A DNA stretch of 64,000 bases from Candidatus Dormiibacterota bacterium (lineage in GTDB: Bacteria > Chloroflexota > Dormibacteria > Aeolococcales > Aeolococcaceae): contig OY970355.1 in NCBI GenBank assembly GCA_963718525.1, positions 1,600,001-1,664,000 of the forward strand. The letters run 5' to 3'. The translations under genes and the position numbers were made by a program. The notes beneath the pieces were generated by a model, which was not told where the DNA came from, did not search any database, and saw nothing but the letters and a program-made list of their open reading frames with translations. Shown here one piece after another: positions 58,251-64,000 of this stretch (position 1 is its first letter; each line of letters begins with the position of its first letter).

Positions 58251-58745
58251 ATGCTCGTTGGTGAGATGCTGATCCAGGATTTCGTGCAGATCGACCGCAA
58301 CTACGACGCGGTGAAGGCGCGCGTGCGCGCCGATCCACGTGGTTTGATCGCGGACAGCGCCGGCGCAGCGTACCGGCAGGGGGAGCACCTGTCCCTCCGC
58401 CTCGCACCGCTCAAGGGCATGCCGCGTCTCGTCAAGACGATCGACGTGGATCTCGCGGAACCCTACGAGCGTGAGGACCGTCTGGTGGTTCCGATGCACT
58501 GGTGGGCACCCGGTGCGACCCGATTCTTCCCGCACCTCGACGGCGACCTCGAATTCGCGCCACTGGGGTCGACAACCTGTCAGATCACCCTCATGGGAAG
58601 CTACGACCCGCCGCTTGGCTTCGTCGGCCGGCACGCAGACACCCTGCTGCTCCACCGCGTCGCCGTCGCGAGCATCCGCTCCTTCCTCGTCAACGTGTCG
58701 CGCAACGTCGAGCGGCCCGCTCGGGCTGCTCAGAGCGTTCGCTGA
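58251..58745 (+). CDS. hypothetical protein (possible SRPBCC/START-like fold)
   Basis: FPHLDGDLEF.P....CQITLMGSYDPPLG..G...D..LLHRVA..SIRSFL pattern. Confidence 0.65.
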   Translation: MLVGEMLIQDFVQIDRNYDAVKARVRADPRGLIADSAGAAYRQGEHLSLRLAPLKGMPRLVKTIDVDLAEPYEREDRLVVPMHWWAPGATRFFPHLDGDLEFAPLGSTTCQITLMGSYDPPLGFVGRHADTLLLHRVAVASIRSFLVNVSRNVERPARAAQSVR

Positions 58746-58750
58746 GGGGC

Positions 58751-59881
58751 TCAGCGCCTTCGGTGTCTCTCTCGGGGCACGGACCACACCGCACGAACGC
58801 CGCGCGATCCAACGGTTTCGAGCGTGAATGAGCCGCCAAGTTTCCGAGCCCGTTCTGACAGGTTGGCACGGCCAAGCCCCGCGCTGCGATCGTCGCTCAA
58901 CCCGACGCCGTTGTCCTCCACGGTCAGTGTCACCTCGATGCCGGCGCGGACGCGGACCTCGACGCCGGTGGCGTGCGCGTGGCGTACGACGTTGCTGAGG
59001 AGCTCCCGGAGTGCGGCGAGCAGGTGCTCCGCGAGGTCCGCACCGACGATGGTGTCGACTGGGCCGTCAAATCGCACACGCGGCTCGAATCCCAGCGCAG
59101 GGGTCATCTCGGCGGCAACCGCGAGGATGCGAACGCGGCAGCCGGACGGTCCCCGCTCGTTCGCCTGCAACTCGAAGATCACGCCGCGGATCTCGCGTAT
59201 CGTCGCGTCAAGATCGTCGACCGCCGCCTGGATCCTGTCGGCGACCGTGCTGTCGCCGACCACGCGCGAGAGTCCCTGCAGGCCGAGGCCGGTCGCGAAG
59301 AGTCGCTGGATCACCGTGTCGTGCAGGTCGCGGGCGATGCGTTCGCGATCGTGGAGCAGCGCGAGCTCCTGGACCCGCTCATGGAGTTGCGCGTTCTCGA
59401 TGGCGACACCGGCCGCGCTGGCAAGCGCGACCGCGAGGGTCTCGTCGTTGGTGGTGAACGGGCCGCCACCCGCCTTCTCGGTCACGTAGAGGTTGCCGAA
59501 GACCTCATTGCGAATCCGGATCGGCACACCGAGAAACGTGCGCATGGCCGGGTGGCCGGCGGGAAACCCCACCGAGTCCGGGTGGGCACCGAGGTCGTCC
59601 AGGCGCAGGGGGCGTGGCTCATGGATGACCAGGCCGAGGATGCCGAGTCCCCGCGGCAGATGCCCGATGTGGCGCCTGACGGCGTCGTCGATGCCCTCGG
59701 TGATGAACTCATCCAGCAGCATCTCGCCCTGAGCCGATTCGGCCCCGAGGACTCCGAGCGCGCCGTACTGCGCGCCCGTCTGATCGCAGGCGACCTGGAC
59801 GATTCGCTGGAGCACTGCGGGCAGCTCCAGATCGGACGAGATCGCAAAGATCGCATCGAGAATCCGCTGCACGTTGCTCAT
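58751..59881 (-). CDS. GAF sensor histidine kinase, DosS/DosT-like (single GAF)
   Basis: AQYGALGVL, SVGFPAGHPAMRTFLGVPI, ERIARDLHDTVIQRLF H-box, NVVRHA, DNGVG. Confidence 0.92.
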   Translation of the reverse strand: MSNVQRILDAIFAISSDLELPAVLQRIVQVACDQTGAQYGALGVLGAESAQGEMLLDEFITEGIDDAVRRHIGHLPRGLGILGLVIHEPRPLRLDDLGAHPDSVGFPAGHPAMRTFLGVPIRIRNEVFGNLYVTEKAGGGPFTTNDETLAVALASAAGVAIENAQLHERVQELALLHDRERIARDLHDTVIQRLFATGLGLQGLSRVVGDSTVADRIQAAVDDLDATIREIRGVIFELQANERGPSGCRVRILAVAAEMTPALGFEPRVRFDGPVDTIVGADLAEHLLAALRELLSNVVRHAHATGVEVRVRAGIEVTLTVEDNGVGLSDDRSAGLGRANLSERARKLGGSFTLETVGSRGVRAVWSVPRERHRRR

Positions 59882-59934
59882 ACCACCAAGCGTAGCCTGC
59901 TCGAGCGACCGATGCGGTCTTCGCTGCGGTCGTG

Positions 59935-59956
59935 ATATTCTGAATTTACTGAATAT
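59935..59956. promoter_or_regulatory. inverted-repeat operator upstream of the GbsR-like regulator
   Basis: ATATTCTG-AATTTA-CTGAATAT, one mismatch, AT-rich. Confidence 0.6.
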
Positions 59957-59969
59957 AGGCAGGCGATCC

Positions 59970-60416
59970 ATGAACCAGGCGCAGATGACCTTCATCGACG
60001 ACATGGGCCAGCTCATGGCCGGCTGGGGGATCCCTCGGACCACCGGCCGGATCTACGCATACCTGCTGCTCCAGCGCGAGCCCGCGACCCTCGACGACAT
60101 CGCAGCCGATCTCAGCATCGCCAAGAGTGGCGCAAGCGTCGCATCGCGGCAGCTCGCACAGCTCGGATTGGCACGGGCTGTGGGCCAGCCAGGCAGCAGG
60201 CGGGTGCTGTACGAGGCGCTGTACAACATCGAATCGATCATCGCCGCGCGCACCGGGCAGATGAATGACCTGATCGTCCGGTTGCGCCAGGGTGCGCGCG
60301 TCGCACCCGGCGGCCAGGGGCGCCGGCGGCTGCAGAACATGGCGGAGTGGTGCGAGGCGTGGGTCCAGCAGTTCCCCATCGTGATGCGGCGCCTGGAGAA
60401 GCAGAGGAAGAGATGA
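59970..60416 (+). CDS. GbsR/MarR-family transcriptional regulator
   Basis: WGIPRTTGRIYAYLLL, TLDDIAADLSIAKSGAS, GSRRVLY. Confidence 0.88.
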   Translation: MNQAQMTFIDDMGQLMAGWGIPRTTGRIYAYLLLQREPATLDDIAADLSIAKSGASVASRQLAQLGLARAVGQPGSRRVLYEALYNIESIIAARTGQMNDLIVRLRQGARVAPGGQGRRRLQNMAEWCEAWVQQFPIVMRRLEKQRKR

Positions 60417-61297
60417 CGAGCGCCATCGCGACTCACGCGCTCACCAAGGACTACGGTTCAGGACACGGACTCTTCGAACTGGATCTGGAGATCGCGGAAG
60501 GCGAGGTCTTCGGATTCCTTGGGCCCAACGGTGCGGGCAAGACCACCACCATCCGGCTGCTCATGGGCCTCATCCACGCGACTGCCGGAACGGCCACGGT
60601 CTTCGGTCTCGACTGCGATCGCGATTCGGTTGCGGTGAAACGCGAAGTCGGCTACCTCCCGGGTGACCTGCCCCAGTTCGGCGGGATGCGCGGGAGCGAG
60701 GTGGTGGCATATCTCGGAGGCATGCGCGGTGGCATCGACAGGGAGCGAGTGAAGGATCTCGCGGAGCGGTTCGAGCTCGACCTGGGGCGCCGCTTTCGAG
60801 AATATTCGCGCGGCAACAAGCAGAAGCTCGGCCTGGTGCTTGCGTTCATGCATCGCCCGCGCCTGCTCATCCTCGATGAGCCGACGGGCGGTCTCGACCC
60901 GCTCAACCAGCAGACGTTCCATCGGCTCGTCGGCGAGGTGAGCGCATCCGGCGCGACGGTCTTCCTCTCATCGCACGTGCTGTCCGAGGTCGAGGAAACG
61001 TGCTCCAGAGTCGGGATCATTCGCGACGGCGGTCTCGTGTCCGACATGACCATGGACAGAGTTCACGAGCTGCGTTTTCACGAGGTGGTCATCGAATTCA
61101 ATGGTGAGGTGCCGGAAGCCGCTGTGCGCGCTGCCGCGGGGGTCGAGGACGTCAAGGTTGACGGTGCGAAGCTCACCTGCAGGGTGCACGGGGGATTCGA
61201 CGCACTCCTGGCAGCCATCAGCGGCCACTCAGTGGTCGACATGGTCAGCAGGGAGCCGAGCCTCGAGTTGATCTTCCTCAGCTACTACACCAGCTGA
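60413..61297 (+). CDS. ABC-2 type transporter ATP-binding protein
   Basis: GPNGAGKTT, YSRGNKQK, LDEPTGGLD, SSH. Confidence 0.93.
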   Translation: MTSAIATHALTKDYGSGHGLFELDLEIAEGEVFGFLGPNGAGKTTTIRLLMGLIHATAGTATVFGLDCDRDSVAVKREVGYLPGDLPQFGGMRGSEVVAYLGGMRGGIDRERVKDLAERFELDLGRRFREYSRGNKQKLGLVLAFMHRPRLLILDEPTGGLDPLNQQTFHRLVGEVSASGATVFLSSHVLSEVEETCSRVGIIRDGGLVSDMTMDRVHELRFHEVVIEFNGEVPEAAVRAAAGVEDVKVDGAKLTCRVHGGFDALLAAISGHSVVDMVSREPSLELIFLSYYTS

Positions 61298-62916
61298 TGT
61301 CTCCCCGGCTGCTGCTGCGGCTGCATCGCATCGGGCTGATCGCGATGGCGTACTTCGGAATCTTCTACGCGCTGGTCAACAGTGCTGCGTTTCCGATCTT
61401 TGCCGGCAGAACGCACGCCACGCAGGCTGCGTTCGGACACTCCGTCAGCGTGCTCGGCGCTCAGCTCACCTGGCTGTTGCCGGCGCCCGTGCGACCCGAC
61501 ACCGCCGCGGGGTACCTGCAGTGGCGCGGCTATGGTTTCTTCGCGATCGTCTTCGCCGCGTGGGGCCTGATGAGCGCGTGCGGTGCAGTGCGCCGTGATG
61601 AGGATCGCGGCCTGGTCGAGGTGTGGCTCGCAGCGGGGAGCTCGCGCCTCCGTCTGCTGGTCACCAGGAGCGCATTTTTCGCGGTGCTGAGCGTGGAGAT
61701 CGTGACGCTGGCCGGAGCCGCCGGGTGGTTGGGTTGCCTGATCGCGGGGAGCTCTGTTGACGTTGCCGGTCTGGTGGGGGAAAGCGCGGCGCTCTGGGGG
61801 CTCACCCTCGCGTGCTTCGGGATCGGGCTGCTGATCTCGCAACTGGCGGCCGACTTCCGCGCGGCCGCTTCGGCCGGGAGTGCATTGCTGGTGCTGATGT
61901 TCCTGCTCGACGGCATCGGGCGGTCAAGCCTCCATCCCGCGCCGTTCACGCGCATCTCGGTGTTCCATCTGTTCAACCAATCCAACGCAATCGCTCCGGG
62001 CGGAAGCTTCGACCTCAGCGCGACGCTGCTCCTGCTCGCCGTCGCCGCGGCCGCGACGGTCATTGCCTCGGTCGCTTTCGTCCGGCGCGACGTCGGTACC
62101 GGGCTCATCGGGTCGCGCCGTCGGGGTGCCCACGAAACCCACGAGGTATCGGCGAACCCGTTGCTGCGCATCCCGGTCGTGCGCGGGCTCTGGATCCGGA
62201 GGGTCACAGCCCTCGCCTGGACCGGCGGCATCGCGGTTGCCGCTGCCGCCGTGGTGCTGCTGGTGAATGTCACCGCGACATTCTTCGCATCGACACCGTC
62301 GCTGGCCCCCTACCTGCGCGGCCTCGCGGGCGATGTGCACACCGTGCTCCTCGCCTTGATCTGGCTGAGCTTCGCGCAGGCGCTCGTCGCCATCTTCGCG
62401 ATTGCGTCGGTGTCGCGCTGGGCGTCAGAGGACTCGTCCGGCGTCCTGGAGATGGAGCTCGCCGAGCCATGGTCGAGGTGGGCAGTGCTGAGGGAGCGGG
62501 CGGCCGAGCTCACGGTGACACTCGCTGTCATGGCGTTCGCCGCCATGGCGGTGATCCTTGCGCTTGCTCCCGCGGAGTCGATCCCCCTCGATGTGGGAAA
62601 GCTGCTCAACGCGACCGCGCTGCTGATCCCCTTCGCGCTCACCTTCGCGGCGGTCGGAGCACTGCTCGCAGGCTGGCGGCCGCGGGTCGCCGTGGTTGTC
62701 CTCTCGACCATCACGGCGATCTCATATTTCGTCTTCGAGCTCGCACCGCTGTTCAAATGGCCGGCGTGGGCGGGGAACCTGTCAGTGTTTCAGCTGTATG
62801 GGACGCCCCTGATCACGCCCGTATTCGTCGGCGGGCTGATCGCCATGCTCGCCATCGCGGTCGTGGGGTTTGGATCCGCCGGCTTCGCGCTGACGCGGCG
62901 GGACGTCGCTGCATAG
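61297..62916 (+). CDS. ABC-2 type exporter permease (internally duplicated)
   Basis: about 12 TMs; two halves ending in RRD motifs; EDRGLVE/EDSSGVLE repeats. Confidence 0.85.
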   Translation: MSPRLLLRLHRIGLIAMAYFGIFYALVNSAAFPIFAGRTHATQAAFGHSVSVLGAQLTWLLPAPVRPDTAAGYLQWRGYGFFAIVFAAWGLMSACGAVRRDEDRGLVEVWLAAGSSRLRLLVTRSAFFAVLSVEIVTLAGAAGWLGCLIAGSSVDVAGLVGESAALWGLTLACFGIGLLISQLAADFRAAASAGSALLVLMFLLDGIGRSSLHPAPFTRISVFHLFNQSNAIAPGGSFDLSATLLLLAVAAAATVIASVAFVRRDVGTGLIGSRRRGAHETHEVSANPLLRIPVVRGLWIRRVTALAWTGGIAVAAAAVVLLVNVTATFFASTPSLAPYLRGLAGDVHTVLLALIWLSFAQALVAIFAIASVSRWASEDSSGVLEMELAEPWSRWAVLRERAAELTVTLAVMAFAAMAVILALAPAESIPLDVGKLLNATALLIPFALTFAAVGALLAGWRPRVAVVVLSTITAISYFVFELAPLFKWPAWAGNLSVFQLYGTPLITPVFVGGLIAMLAIAVVGFGSAGFALTRRDVAA

Positions 62917-62926
62917 GAGGTATCTG

Positions 62927-63733
62927 GTGGCCAACAACTCGGAGACGAAGGATGCGATCCGCTGGATGTGGTCGCTCGGAGACTATGGCGCGATCGCCAC
63001 GCACCTCGAGCCCCACGCGATCGAACTGGCCCAGCGGAGCCGCCTCCAGGCCGGCTCGGAAGTCCTCGATGTCGCCGCCGGCAACGGGAACTTCGCGATA
63101 GCGGCGGCTCGTCTCGGGGCGACCGTCGTGGCCACCGACCTGACCCCGGCCATGGTCGAGCTGGGCCGTGCACGAAGCGCCCCGCTTGGCCTCGCCATCG
63201 AGTGGCGCGAGGCGGACGCGGAGCAGCTTCCCTTTCCCGATGACCGCTTCGACGTCGTGGCGTCGGTGTTCGGTGCGATGTTCGCTCCTGACCCGGAGCG
63301 CGTCGCGGCCGAGCTGTTCAGAGTCGCCAAACCAGGCGGCCTGGTGGCGATGGCCAACTACGGGCCGAAGGGATTTCTCGGACGCTTCACGGCGATGCTG
63401 GCCGAGCGTGGACCCGCGCCACCTCCGGGCATGCACTCCCCATTCGAATGGGGCGTCACCGACGAGGTGCACCGGCGCTTCAAGGGCCTCACCTCATCGA
63501 TCGAGATCTATCCGCAGGCGCTGACCTTCGAGTTCGAGTCGCTCGATGCCGGATCCGACTTCTGGGAGCACACCAACCCGCCGATGATGGCGATGCTCAG
63601 CATGCTCGACGAACAGCAGACTGCGGCGCTGCATCAGGACCTGAGAAAGCTCATGACCGAGCTCAACCAGGTCTCCGGTGGGGGTCTGACGCTCGAGTCA
63701 GACTACCTCCAGGTGCTCGCCCGCAAGGCGTAG
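62927..63733 (+). CDS. class I SAM-dependent methyltransferase
   Basis: VLDVAAGNG, ADAEQLPF, FDVVASVFGAMFAP, KPGG. Confidence 0.92.
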   Translation: MANNSETKDAIRWMWSLGDYGAIATHLEPHAIELAQRSRLQAGSEVLDVAAGNGNFAIAAARLGATVVATDLTPAMVELGRARSAPLGLAIEWREADAEQLPFPDDRFDVVASVFGAMFAPDPERVAAELFRVAKPGGLVAMANYGPKGFLGRFTAMLAERGPAPPPGMHSPFEWGVTDEVHRRFKGLTSSIEIYPQALTFEFESLDAGSDFWEHTNPPMMAMLSMLDEQQTAALHQDLRKLMTELNQVSGGGLTLESDYLQVLARKA

Positions 63734-64000
63734 CTTGTTCAGCTCGCCTGACTGCTCCCGGCTCGCGATGATCGCGAACTCGAAGGCATCAGCGAGCGCG
63801 CTCCACGACGCCTCGATGATGTTGGTGCTGCACCCCACCGTGCTCCAGCGCCGGTGGTGGTCGCCGCTCTCGACGAGCACCCGGACCCCGGCGGCGGTGC
63901 CGTCACGCCCGTCGAGCACGCGCACCTTGTAATCGAAGAGCTGGGTGGCGCCGATCTCGGGATAGCTCGGCGTCAACGCCTTGCGCAGCGCGGCGTCGAG
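63698..64000 (-). CDS. cimA: citramalate synthase, C-terminal regulatory domain (5' truncated by window)
   Basis: LDAALRKAL, DYKVRVL....GTAAGVRVLVES, WSTVGCSTNIIEASW.AL. Confidence 0.88.
   Translation of the reverse strand, partial: LDAALRKALTPSYPEIGATQLFDYKVRVLDGRDGTAAGVRVLVESGDHHRRWSTVGCSTNIIEASWSALADAFEFAIIASREQSGELNKLRLAGEHLEVV

Noticed and set aside
304-63500. Many long alternative-frame ORFs (e.g. 304-1878, 3987-5477, 16136-17782, 28907-30649, 34646-36172)
   Set aside because: Shadow ORFs expected at high GC: Arg/Pro/Ala-rich or antisense to well-supported genes, with no motifs
63698-63733. 36-bp convergent overlap of the cimA and methyltransferase 3' ends
   Set aside because: Short tail-to-tail overlaps are common in compact high-GC genomes
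1-64000. CRISPR array, rRNA, retron/RT or known defence system
   Set aside because: No regularly spaced repeats, rRNA signatures, or RT/nuclease motifs found by eye

Overview
High-GC chromosomal window from a monoderm soil-type bacterium. Its gene content (F420-dependent LLM enzyme, DosS/DosR-like pair, bS22-like peptide, ClgR-like regulator, pervasive leaderless-type promoters) suggests the Actinomycetota/Chloroflexota/Ca. Dormibacterota neighbourhood; this is inference only. Housekeeping genes include nadD-rsfS, rhomboid, PBP1A, an AAA ATPase, a clpP paralog with an XRE regulator, a DD-carboxypeptidase, an opp operon, two tRNA-Ala genes, comEA-comEC-holA/rpsT, ispE, zwf-glk and the 3' end of cimA. 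A ~25 kb surface-glycan locus (11.7-37.1 kb) encodes a complete pseudaminic-acid-type pathway, UDP-xylose synthesis, a flippase, several glycosyltransferases and four SAM methyltransferases; an AbrB/RelE-like toxin-antitoxin pair follows just beyond a tRNA 3' end. Strongest candidates for novelty: (1) a ClgR-like regulator with a C-terminal IGF (ClpX-loop-like) motif, coupled to a clpP paralog and with tandem ClgR-like boxes at its start; (2) a coiled-coil/basic-linker/winged-helix protein directly upstream of a competence operon whose DNA-binding and nuclease motifs are degenerate; (3) an orphan candidate nonulosonate transferase and a GT-C-like membrane protein in the glycan locus; (4) a long intergenic hairpin that may be an ncRNA. 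Five single-base indels (three otherwise intact genes, one degraded gene, one tRNA) may be assembly errors. No CRISPR array, rRNA or integrase was seen.
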